Origin: Anaerohalosphaeraceae bacterium
Lineage (GTDB): Bacteria; Planctomycetota; Phycisphaerae; Sedimentisphaerales; Anaerohalosphaeraceae
Assembly: GCA_963675525.2 (NCBI GenBank)
Contig: CAXXSL010000001.1
Coordinates: 32,001-96,000 of the forward strand
Length of the DNA stretch: 64,000 nt
Direction of reading: 5' to 3'
Shown: positions 10,392 through 19,119 of the stretch, in pieces
Layout of the letters: every line of letters begins with the position of its first letter
Numbering within the stretch: the stretch's first letter is position 1
Made by a program: the position numbers and the translations under genes
Notes under the pieces: generated by a model
Database searches by the model: none
The model's input: the letters and a program-made list of their open reading frames with translations, nothing else
What the model was told of the DNA's origin: nothing

Positions 10392-10778
10392 TTACAGCAT
10401 CGACGTGCCCCGTTTGGCCATTTGAATACACAACCCCCATGGATCTCTGAGCATTGCCAACTCATCGCCGTTATCGAGTTTTTCCGGATCGCTGACAATG
10501 GTGGCTCCGGCATCAACGCATTGTTTGACGGTCGCAGGCACATCCTCACAGACAAACGCAATGTGCAGTGTTAACGGATCCATGCTTGCGTAGTCCGGAA
10601 CGGGAACCTTTGGGTTATTATAAATTTCGAGCATGACCTGACCGGAGCAGTCGGCCAGAAAACGCACGGGAACAGGGGCATCGGCGGATCGCTTGATGAC
10701 GAAGCCGAAATGTTCGATATACCAGCGGGCCACCGCCGCCGGATCGGCAACCTGATATCCAAAATGTTCGATTCTCAT
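10392..10778 (-). CDS. VOC/glyoxalase family protein
   Basis: IEHFG, LHIAF and LRDPWG motifs. Confidence 0.9.
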   Translation of the reverse strand: MRIEHFGYQVADPAAVARWYIEHFGFVIKRSADAPVPVRFLADCSGQVMLEIYNNPKVPVPDYASMDPLTLHIAFVCEDVPATVKQCVDAGATIVSDPEKLDNGDELAMLRDPWGLCIQMAKRGTSML

Positions 10779-10918
10779 AAGATTTCCTCAGCGCATTTAC
10801 AATAATTTATATTGATTATACCGAATAAAGACGAATATACCAGCACCAAGGCCAATAAAGATAGTCCAGGGCAGGTGTTGGATGAGTTGATGGGCCAGTA
10901 GGTAGGAGCTGTAAGGAA

Positions 10919-11770
10919 TTAAGAAATTGCAGTCTCGATACTACGATGAAGATCTTGAGCTTCTAATGTATATAAATCCGTAGGGGAGCTCACCTTGAAT
11001 TTCTCCGCTGCCAATTTCGTAACCAGACAGCCGAGCCCCACCATTGACCAGAGGAAAGTGTAAAATAATACCTTATCCAACACCCTCGTCTGGACGCTGC
11101 CCGGTACCTGTACGACGAAGAGCAAGGCATCATGTAAGTAGTGAAACACCATTGCCGCAATCAAAGACCGGGTCTTATAAGCCGTATAGGTAAATCCTAT
11201 TCCCATGATCATAACCGAGACCAGATCAATCCCTGAACTTAGGCTTATCCCTTTGAAATGTGATAAACCAAAAATGACGATTTGGATACCGGCTGCCATT
11301 TTGAGGGATTTCGTCAAACGAAGAAGAATCATCATCTGAATACCTCTGTAGAACACTTCTTCCCAGATACCGGGATTTAGGCAGAATACTAAATGGGTCA
11401 CCGTGACGGATTTAAAGCTCAGTTCATACTTCCCGGTGAGAATGGAAGCGAAAAGCATACCGGACAATGTGCATAGAGCCAGTGCCATCCCCAGCAAAAC
11501 GTGCCTCCATGTGTTTGGCGATGGATACAAGCCGATTTTTTTAGTGAAATCCTGAGTCCGAATTCTTCCAAAAGGGATACCGAAAATTTGTGGAAACAGG
11601 AAAAGTGCTGCAAATGCCGCAATGCTCCAGTTGACTAAAGAACTGGCGAGACGGGTTACCTCAATTTTAAAAATCATTTTCGCCAGGAGGCAGATCAGGA
11701 ATCCCAGCCCGGGAAAAACAACGGTCAAGGCAATAGACCGAACCACCGCTCTGATTTTTTTTCCATGCAT
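10919..11770 (-). CDS. CPBP (CAAX protease/Abi) family intramembrane metalloprotease
   Basis: EEVFYRG, FGLSH and HYLHD motifs; multiple TM helices. Confidence 0.9.
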   Translation of the reverse strand: MHGKKIRAVVRSIALTVVFPGLGFLICLLAKMIFKIEVTRLASSLVNWSIAAFAALFLFPQIFGIPFGRIRTQDFTKKIGLYPSPNTWRHVLLGMALALCTLSGMLFASILTGKYELSFKSVTVTHLVFCLNPGIWEEVFYRGIQMMILLRLTKSLKMAAGIQIVIFGLSHFKGISLSSGIDLVSVMIMGIGFTYTAYKTRSLIAAMVFHYLHDALLFVVQVPGSVQTRVLDKVLFYTFLWSMVGLGCLVTKLAAEKFKVSSPTDLYTLEAQDLHRSIETAIS

Positions 11771-12138
11771 TTCGTGTCCTTATTACGGCCAGACGATAAG
11801 ACGAAAAGTCAAAATATATTAACTGAAAGTGAATAATATACAATGAAAATTTATGACTGTAGCAAAAAAAGCTGTAGTAGAGTTCAGGGTGTTGGAGTGA
11901 CCCATTGGTTTCGAATGAATATTATAATAAGTCTACCGATGCCAATAAAGACAACCCAAGGCAGGTGTTGGATGAGTTGATGGGGGAGTAGAGGGGAAAT
12001 AGGGTTTTTCGCCAATTTTTGAGGAAAATATACGTGGTTATTACTGATACAGTGATTTCTGTTGTAGAAATGCCTTGAAAAGGGATCACTACTGTACTAT
12101 TTATAATATTATATCAACCTTTCTATTCTGTTGTAAGG

Positions 12139-12726
12139 ATGCTCAAAATGATGAAACGACAACTTAACATACTTACAGCTATAATTGTATGCCTGTGCCT
12201 TGTCGGGTGTTCTGCCGTTCCAAACGCAAAGATAACAAATGTGGACAGTTTCACTGTAGCACAAGCCTTGTATGAGAACGGAGCGTCTCGAACAGAAACA
12301 ACGGTGAATGATATGCTGGGAGCTGCGATGTCTAAAGATTTAGAAAAAAAGTTCCCAAAACTTCCTAAAAGTGGCCATAGCAACTTTGTGACTCATCGAA
12401 GTGTATTCCCTGCTCCTGAAGTTATTCATAATAATAAAAAGACAACAGCGAAATATGACTTATCACGAGGATTCGATACTCTTCAGTGCAAAGATACAAT
12501 CACACTGTATGTTCAGCAATCCAACGAAACAATTCTGTCAGTTAAATGTGAAACAAAGCATATAAGTTTTCCTGTAGGCATCCTCTTTCATTGGCTTACT
12601 CCTTACAAACGTGATTATAGACGTGAACAGACGCTGATGATTAACACCACTGAATATTTACAGGCAGATCATCAGGCACAGATCGAATGGCTCGGTAAAT
12701 GGCGACCCGATTCAGATAGCCCATAG
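12139..12726 (+). CDS. Hypothetical lipoprotein
   Basis: 195-aa AT-rich ORF with lipobox LVGC. Confidence 0.7.
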   Translation: MLKMMKRQLNILTAIIVCLCLVGCSAVPNAKITNVDSFTVAQALYENGASRTETTVNDMLGAAMSKDLEKKFPKLPKSGHSNFVTHRSVFPAPEVIHNNKKTTAKYDLSRGFDTLQCKDTITLYVQQSNETILSVKCETKHISFPVGILFHWLTPYKRDYRREQTLMINTTEYLQADHQAQIEWLGKWRPDSDSP

Positions 12727-12851
12727 GCAGTTATTTTATTCAAAAGTCACTGATGCTAATAAAGACAGGGCACGGCAGGTGTTGGATGAGTTGATGGGGG
12801 AGTGAAGAGATTGACGAGTCATGGTGCTATTGTGACAGTATTTTCTGCTTT

Positions 12852-13568
12852 CTACCATGACTCTGCCCAATATACAATTATCTTCTTCATTTTACTGATT
12901 GCTACACCGCAACTTTCTCCGTGGTTGAAACCCTCCGAATGTATAACTATTATTTCGAAATCATCAGGAAATTCATAACTCTCGGAATCATTTGTATAGA
13001 AGTTAGTTGTCCAAACATCCGCCTCTCTTAAATGGTCGTTACAATCTCCACCGATAAATGTCTGATTTTTTATTTCCGAAAAGTGTTTATATAACTCCGC
13101 TATATTTTCGTCTGTCGTTGTATATCGAAGCTGAATACATGCACCACCTTGAAGAAAAGCAGGGCAAAAGAAGAATTTCACTTTTTTCATATCTGCATCA
13201 ATTTTGGATGGGAAATGCTTGACTAAATCTTTGTGGAAGCTCCAATATCCGTTTAAGATCTTCTCGTATTTCTTGATATTGGTGACATTTGTTAATGAAG
13301 GTAAAATCATTTCAGCTGGGATAGTAAGAAATCCCCAAATCCCAACAACTATCCAACAAAGAACAATAGCTATATTAAGTAAGATTTTTTGTTTGGTAAA
13401 CTGTTTCAAAGTAAATGTAGCCCAAAAGATAATTGCTGGCGTAAAGAAAAATAAATATGTTATAAATGATGTTATAATACCAGTGCGACTCCAGCGATAA
13501 CATTGTATGATCCCAATTGCACTAAATAGTATTGCTAGAACCAAATATAACCATTCAAGCTTTTTCAT
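12852..13568 (-). CDS. Hypothetical membrane protein
   Basis: 238-aa AT-rich ORF with three N-terminal TM helices; GGAG RBS. Confidence 0.75.
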   Translation of the reverse strand: MKKLEWLYLVLAILFSAIGIIQCYRWSRTGIITSFITYLFFFTPAIIFWATFTLKQFTKQKILLNIAIVLCWIVVGIWGFLTIPAEMILPSLTNVTNIKKYEKILNGYWSFHKDLVKHFPSKIDADMKKVKFFFCPAFLQGGACIQLRYTTTDENIAELYKHFSEIKNQTFIGGDCNDHLREADVWTTNFYTNDSESYEFPDDFEIIVIHSEGFNHGESCGVAISKMKKIIVYWAESW

Positions 13569-13744
13569 TTTTCATTCTCCAGTATGCTACCACTCACTAC
13601 CTATCACCATGTTTATCCCAAATTATAGAAAAACAGAGTTAAATAGTCAATATTTTACGGTATTCCACTCCAAGCCTACTCCAAGTCCACAAAAAGACCA
13701 CTTGACTCTGACGCTCACAGACCGCAGAGGGTAATATTTTCCCC

Positions 13745-13774
13745 TTGACAAACGGCTTAAAATCTGTATATATG
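13745..13774 (+). promoter_or_regulatory. sigma70-type promoter of tRNA-Gly
   Basis: TTGACA-N16-TATATA about 20 nt upstream of the tRNA. Confidence 0.65.
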
Positions 13775-13794
13775 CTTTGGAAATAAGCACTTAG

Positions 13795-13865
13795 GCGGGT
13801 GTAGTTCAGTGGTAGAACACCAGCTTCCCAAGCTGGATACGCCAGTTCGATTCTGGTCACCCGCA
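13795..13865 (+). tRNA. tRNA-Gly(CCC)
   Basis: GCGGGTG/CACCCGC acceptor stem; CCAGC-TT-CCC-AA-GCTGG anticodon arm; GTTCGATT T-loop; CCA not encoded. Confidence 0.96.
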
Positions 13866-13983
13866 GTTTTTATCGCATGAACAAACAAACGCCTCAATCC
13901 GTTGCGGATTTTCACTCCTTTTTGGCGGTCTTTTTGATTTCCGGCGGTTTGCGGTTTTGCAATACCAGTAAAACAGGTTACTT

Positions 13984-15876
13984 ATGGCATTATTAAGTAT
14001 TCGTGATATTCGTATGGGTTTTGGACAGGCCGATGTTCTGGAGAATGTTTCTGTCCAGATCGAGCCGGCCGAACGCATTTGTCTGATCGGCCGTAACGGC
14101 GAGGGCAAGACGACGCTGATGCGGATTCTCAATGGTGATCTTGAACCGCTTTCCGGCCAGATCATCCGGCAGCCGGGGCTTAAGACGGCGATGCTGGACC
14201 AGAAAGTCCCGCAGGACATTCAGGGTACGGTGTTCGACCAGATCACAGCCGGACTTGGGCCTAAAGCACGACTTTTGAAGCAATACCACGAAGTCAGCCG
14301 GCAACTGTCACTGAACGGAAGTGATGGGTTGCTTCGCCAACTGGACCGGATTCAGCACACAATCGAGGCCGAGGGTGCCTGGCATGTCCATCAGCAGGTC
14401 GAAACGGTCATTTCCCATTTAAAGCTGGATGCTGACGCGGAGGTTTCCACGTTGTCGGCGGGCCTAAAACGGCGCGTGCTGTTGGGGCGGGCGCTGGTGG
14501 CCGAACCGGATGTATTGCTGCTGGATGAACCCACGAACCATCTGGATGTGGATTCGATCGTCTGGCTGGAAGCCTTTTTAGAGAAATACCCCGGAACGCT
14601 GGTGTTTGTGACGCATGATAGAATGTTTCTTAGGAAACTTTCGACACGCATTGTGGATATCGACCGGGGGCAGGTACGAAGCTGGCAGTGCGGCTATGAT
14701 GAGTTCGTGGTTCGCAAGCAGGGGTTGCTGGATGCCGAAGCCAAACAGCAGGAGCTGTTCGATAAAAAACTGGCTCAGGAGGAAGTCTGGATTCGCAAGG
14801 GGATTCAGGCCCGCCGAACGCGCAACGAAGGTCGCGTGCATGACTTGATGAAGATGCGGCAGCAACGACGTCAACGGCGTGAACTTCTCGGAAAAGTGCG
14901 AATGGAAGCACATAAGGCCGTCGATTCCGGCAATCTGGTTATCGAGGCGCTGGGGGTGGACTTTGTCTATCCCGGCGGTTTGGAGAAAGTCATCAGCAAT
15001 TTTACCGCGACGATCATGCGCGGCGACAAGATCGGCATCATCGGCCCCAACGGAAGCGGCAAGACGACTCTGCTGAAAGTCTTACTGGGTGAGCTGAAAG
15101 CGACAGACGGTACGATCCGGCAGGGGACAAAGCTGGAGATTTCCTATTTTGACCAGCTTCACTGTCAACTGGACGACGATAAATCCGTCTGGGAAAATGT
15201 TGCTGACGGCTACAGCACGGTTAAGATCAACGGCAAAGATAAGAACGTTGTCGGATATTTGCAGGACTTTTTGTTTACTCCGCAACAGGCCCGCAATCGC
15301 GTGGCAAATCTTTCCGGCGGCGAGCGAAACCGGCTTTTGTTGGCCCGGCTGTTCGCCAAACCGTCGAATATGCTGGTGCTGGATGAACCGACCAATGACC
15401 TCGACATGGAGACACTGGAACTATTAGAGGAATTACTGGTCGATTATACCGGTACGGTGCTGCTGGTCAGTCACGACCGTGCATTCCTGAATAATGTCGT
15501 GACCGGTACGTTTGTCCTGCAAGGGCAGGGACGGATCAAGGAATATGTCGGTGGTTATGATGACTGGCTGAGGCAGCGAAGTGAACAAATGCCTGCTGAA
15601 ATAGCCGAGTATGATAAGAAAGAGAAAAAACACAAACCCCGTTCTCAAAAGCCCAAAAAGCTCAGCTATAAAGAGCAGAAGGAACTGGAGTCGTTGCCGC
15701 TACGGATCGAAGAATTGGAAACAGAGCAGGCAAAATTACATGAAGAAATGATCCGCCCGGCGTTTTACAAACAGGACGCGGCGGAGATCGCCAAAGTAGC
15801 GGACAGGACAAAGCAGATCGAAGAAGAACTCACTACCGCCTATGCCCGATGGGAACAATTGGAGGCAAACGATTAA
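13984..15876 (+). CDS. uup: ABC-F family ATPase Uup
   Basis: Two ABC domains (GRNGEGKTT, GPNGSGKTT, LDEPTN), the ARRTRNEGRV linker and the KKLSYKEQKEL C-terminal domain. Confidence 0.93.
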   Translation: MALLSIRDIRMGFGQADVLENVSVQIEPAERICLIGRNGEGKTTLMRILNGDLEPLSGQIIRQPGLKTAMLDQKVPQDIQGTVFDQITAGLGPKARLLKQYHEVSRQLSLNGSDGLLRQLDRIQHTIEAEGAWHVHQQVETVISHLKLDADAEVSTLSAGLKRRVLLGRALVAEPDVLLLDEPTNHLDVDSIVWLEAFLEKYPGTLVFVTHDRMFLRKLSTRIVDIDRGQVRSWQCGYDEFVVRKQGLLDAEAKQQELFDKKLAQEEVWIRKGIQARRTRNEGRVHDLMKMRQQRRQRRELLGKVRMEAHKAVDSGNLVIEALGVDFVYPGGLEKVISNFTATIMRGDKIGIIGPNGSGKTTLLKVLLGELKATDGTIRQGTKLEISYFDQLHCQLDDDKSVWENVADGYSTVKINGKDKNVVGYLQDFLFTPQQARNRVANLSGGERNRLLLARLFAKPSNMLVLDEPTNDLDMETLELLEELLVDYTGTVLLVSHDRAFLNNVVTGTFVLQGQGRIKEYVGGYDDWLRQRSEQMPAEIAEYDKKEKKHKPRSQKPKKLSYKEQKELESLPLRIEELETEQAKLHEEMIRPAFYKQDAAEIAKVADRTKQIEEELTTAYARWEQLEAND

Positions 15877-16661
15877 AGTTGAACGACAAATTCCTTTTTT
15901 CGAGTGTCCATCTGGGCTTTCAGGCGGGCAACGATTGACGAATGCATCTGTGATACGCGCGATTCAGAAAGATCCAGCGTGGCACCGATCTCCTTCATGG
16001 TCATTTCTTCGTAATAATACAAAAAGACGATCAGTTTCTCGGCACGGGTCAGACCTTTGGAGACAAGGTTTTTCAGGTCCCGCTTCTGGGCTTCGGTAAC
16101 GGGGTTTTTGCTTTTCTGATCCTGAATGATGTTCAGCTCGGTAATGTCTTTTTCGCCGTCGTTCTCATTGAACTTGTTGTTCAGCGAGATCAGGCCGATC
16201 GCGTTGGCATCCCGCTGTAAACGATGAAATTCATCTCCTTCCAGTTGCAGTTCGCCTGCCAGTTCATCTTCAGTCGGGATGCGTCCCAACTGGGCCTGAA
16301 GTGTCTGGCGGGCGCGATCCAGTTGATGGGCGCGGGCTCTGACCAGGCGGGGGACCCAATCCATGCTGCGGAGTTCGTCAAGAATGCTGCCGCGGATGCG
16401 CGGGGCACAATAGGTTTCAAACTTGACGCCGCGTTCCGGGTCGAATGCGTCAATCGCATCCATTAAACCGAAAATTCCGGCCTGGATCAAATCATCCACT
16501 TCGACTTTATCCGGCAGTTTGACCCAAATACGTTCAGCGGTATATTTTACGAGGTAAAGGTATTTTTCCATCAGGATGTTGCGACATGCCTCCGAATGGG
16601 TTTCGAAGAAGTCGCTCCAGACCTGCTGGATATCAATGTCTTGTGCGTGGGCGGCTTTCAT
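15873..16661 (-). CDS. fliA: FliA/WhiG family sigma-28 factor
   Basis: KFETYCAPRIRGSILDELRSMDWVPR and EMTMKEIG..LDLSESRVSQMH motifs. Confidence 0.93.
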   Translation of the reverse strand: MKAAHAQDIDIQQVWSDFFETHSEACRNILMEKYLYLVKYTAERIWVKLPDKVEVDDLIQAGIFGLMDAIDAFDPERGVKFETYCAPRIRGSILDELRSMDWVPRLVRARAHQLDRARQTLQAQLGRIPTEDELAGELQLEGDEFHRLQRDANAIGLISLNNKFNENDGEKDITELNIIQDQKSKNPVTEAQKRDLKNLVSKGLTRAEKLIVFLYYYEEMTMKEIGATLDLSESRVSQMHSSIVARLKAQMDTRKKEFVVQL

Positions 16662-16783
16662 ACCTAAAACCTCCGTGTTTTAAAGTATTTTTCTATTTTA
16701 CTAACGGTTAGTCCGATAAATTTCACCCGAGTGCCTTTTTGACAGTTATAAAACGTCATTCGGCTCTATTGTTGAGCAAAATA

Positions 16784-16811
16784 CTATCGGTTGAAAATCA
16801 GGGCAACTTTA
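16784..16811 (-). promoter_or_regulatory. Candidate sigma-28 promoter upstream of fliA
   Basis: Minus strand TAAA(GTT)-N16-ACCGATAG versus consensus TAAAGTTT...GCCGATAA. Confidence 0.55.
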
Positions 16812-17636
16812 GAAGAACCAATTAACAACTTTTTTGAAAAATCCCTCGGAACCGGTTCTTCGTATGGTTCCCTTTGTCAGGCGATTGCTGATGGCGATCA
16901 ATGCTTTGGAGATCGAGGCCTTGGGATAAGCCAAAACCACCGGTTCTCTGCGACGGACCGCCTGCAGCAGGCTGTCATCCCTGCACACAACGCCTGCTTC
17001 ATAGACGGCTGTATTAAGGAACCGTCCCGCCACATCAGCAATTTGGCGATAAATCTTTTTGCCTTCCGCCAGAGAGTCGGCCATATTGACCAGCAGACTG
17101 ATCCGGCCGGTGTAATTTTTGGAGGCCAGTACCTTGATCATGGCGTAAGCATCTGTCATGGCGGTCGGTTCCGGCGTGGTGACCACCAGCGTATGGTCGG
17201 CGGCCAGGCAAAAAGCGATCACCGTGGAATGAATCCCTGCTCCCGTGTCGATGATGATGACCTCAGAGCGTTCCTGCAGATGATCCAGTTCTTCGATGAG
17301 ACGCTGCCGTTGGAACGTACTGAGGTTGGCCAGGCTTTCAATTCCTGAACCGCCGCAGATAACCTCGATACCGCAGGGACCGATCTGGGTTATTTCTTCG
17401 AGGGTACGTTTTCCCGCAACCACATGTGAAAGGTTGTAACGGGCGTTCAGGTTCATCAGAACGTCCAGATTACCCAGGCCCAGATCTGCGTCCATCAGGA
17501 CGACCCGCTGATTCTCGGCGGCCATACAGAGTGACAGATTGGTCGCGAGGTTCGTTTTTCCGACTCCGCCTTTACCGCTGGTAACCGCAAGAACCATAGC
17601 GCCCCCGTTTTCATTGCTGCTTTGTTGTAAATGCAT
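16809..17636 (-). CDS. flhG: FlhG/FleN (MinD/ParA family) ATPase
   Basis: SGKGGVGKTN, DADLGLGNLDV, IDTGAGI and TTPEPTAMTDAYAMIK motifs. Confidence 0.88.
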   Translation of the reverse strand: MHLQQSSNENGGAMVLAVTSGKGGVGKTNLATNLSLCMAAENQRVVLMDADLGLGNLDVLMNLNARYNLSHVVAGKRTLEEITQIGPCGIEVICGGSGIESLANLSTFQRQRLIEELDHLQERSEVIIIDTGAGIHSTVIAFCLAADHTLVVTTPEPTAMTDAYAMIKVLASKNYTGRISLLVNMADSLAEGKKIYRQIADVAGRFLNTAVYEAGVVCRDDSLLQAVRRREPVVLAYPKASISKALIAISNRLTKGTIRRTGSEGFFKKVVNWFF

Positions 17637-17807
17637 CGTTTTGTCCCGGCTTAATACAATGACTTCGTTTTCTCCCTGCTTTGCCGGTCCTGGCGCTGTA
17701 CAGATCGCGGTTCAGTCCTTAAGCAGTACTCATGATGAATCGACCCTTATACCCTATAACAAGGATGATTTCAAGTAAATAGGTTCGATTCATTCTGTTT
17801 TAACACT

Positions 17808-18221
17808 CTATCTGGCGTTGCGTTGCTGTTTGTGCCTGAGCAGTTCAACAGCAATCCTGTTGTTCATTAAATTTTCAGAGAGCTTATGGATTTGCAACTG
17901 TAAATATTGCTTCAAATCGGTTGTCAGGAGTTTTTCAGCGTGGCTGTCAACGACGGGAAGGGCGTCGAAGCAGCCGTCCTGTCCAAATCGTACATGTTCG
18001 CGATCACACAGCAGCAGACGCTGAGAAGAGACGTGTTCTGCAATAGCATCGGTCATACAGCCGGAAAATTCAGCGACAGGCATGTCCTGTGGGCGAAATC
18101 CGTCATGGTTGTAATCGAAAAGATTTCGGGTCAGCACCTCACGCCGACGTTCGGTAAATTCAATAATCCGCGTCAGGATTTCGGTAATGTTATCAATTGT
18201 TGGTGTTGTTGTTAGTTTCAT
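17808..18221 (-). CDS. Divergent FlgB-like protein
   Basis: FTERRREVLTRNL..YNHDGFRPQD aligns by eye to FlgB 'R..IA.NIAN..TPGYK.KD'; similar size; flagellar-gene context. Confidence 0.6.
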   Translation of the reverse strand: MKLTTTPTIDNITEILTRIIEFTERRREVLTRNLFDYNHDGFRPQDMPVAEFSGCMTDAIAEHVSSQRLLLCDREHVRFGQDGCFDALPVVDSHAEKLLTTDLKQYLQLQIHKLSENLMNNRIAVELLRHKQQRNAR

Positions 18222-18249
18222 CTGCCGGCTTCCGTGCCTGTTTAGGTCC

Positions 18250-18531
18250 TTACGTATTTGAAGTTACTGATTGATAGCTTTGGATATTGAGGAGGTCACG
18301 AATTTCACTCAATGTTTTAGTTTTGCGAAGTTCCTGAATCTTCCAGAGTTGTTTAAACACGGATTCATCGTAGAGACGGTGTCCGCCTTCGGTCCAGTCC
18401 GATTCCTGAATGAGTCCCATGGTTGTGTAATTATGGATGGTTTGGCGTGTGAAGGGGGTATGACGAACGATCTCACCGATTCGATACAATTTGGCCGGAA
18501 TCTGAAACGCTCCGCCTTCGTTTGTCCGCAT
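18250..18531 (-). CDS. MerR-family HTH regulator (HTH only)
   Basis: YRIGEIV...TRQTIHNYTTMGLI...TEGGHRLY. Confidence 0.9.
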   Translation of the reverse strand: MRTNEGGAFQIPAKLYRIGEIVRHTPFTRQTIHNYTTMGLIQESDWTEGGHRLYDESVFKQLWKIQELRKTKTLSEIRDLLNIQSYQSVTSNT

Positions 18532-18627
18532 GACCCGTCCCTCTCAACCTAAAGATGCAATTGCTGTTTACTGACGTTTCTCCTGATTTCATAACGGCTT
18601 CCGTGAGAGCATATCCGAAAGCCAATC

Positions 18628-18672
18628 AGCTGTTACATTTTGTAAAATGTAACAGCTAACCTGTTAATGTCA
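18628..18672 (-). promoter_or_regulatory. Perfect 14-bp-arm palindrome overlapping the putative merR promoter
   Basis: agctgttacatttt-gt-aaaatgtaacagct (18628-18657); minus strand TTGACA-N16-TACATT. Confidence 0.7.
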
Positions 18673-19014
18673 AATTTTTTCTGCTATTTTTTTTAATTTT
18701 TAAGAAAATTTTATGTATTTTTATGTTATCGGACATTTTAGAAGATGAACCATCCCCAAGACTTGCGATTCCGTAGCCGGAAATATCTTGTAGATTGCTA
18801 TCCGGATTGAGGAAACGATCATTCTGTTTAATTCATTTCGGAATCAACCAAGAGTACGATGCATGAGGGCTTGTGGGCGATAAAAGGCGGCTTGCCGGGC
18901 TGTTTGAAACGTGTTGCTGACAACCGGATAAGGCTGGGGCTGAATTAATGGGTTGAATTTGTTCGAAATTGCGCCGGATTTATAGCTTTTTAACGCAATT
19001 TTTAAATTGTAGAT

Positions 19015-19041
19015 TAAATTGTTTTGTACATTTTCCGATAT
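19015..19041 (+). promoter_or_regulatory. Candidate sigma-28 promoter of the diguanylate cyclase
   Basis: TAAA-N15-TCCGATAT with canonical spacing. Confidence 0.6.
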
Positions 19042-19119
19042 AGCTCCCGTAAGCACAAGGTGATTACAGAGATTTAAGACAGCGATTATAATAAAAATCA
19101 AAAGAGCCTGATCGAGCGT

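Larger units (their letters stand above)
10851..12805 (+). repeat. Three dispersed 51-bp direct repeats (10851-10901, 11941-11991, 12755-12805)
   Basis: gcYaataaagaYannncNNggcaggtgttggatgagttgatgggNNagtRR, with a 25-bp core identical in all copies. Confidence 0.92.

Noticed and set aside
11894..11916. Possible displaced tRNA 3' fragment (minus strand TTCGAAA-CCAAT-GGGTCAC-T-CCA)
   Set aside because: The geometry fits, but it does not match any tRNA in the window and the T-stem does not pair; may be chance.
10851..12805. Repeats as a CRISPR array or integron attC sites
   Set aside because: Spacing is 0.8-1.1 kb with whole genes between copies. There are no RYYYAAC/GTTRRRY ends, no strong palindrome, and no cas or intI gene nearby.
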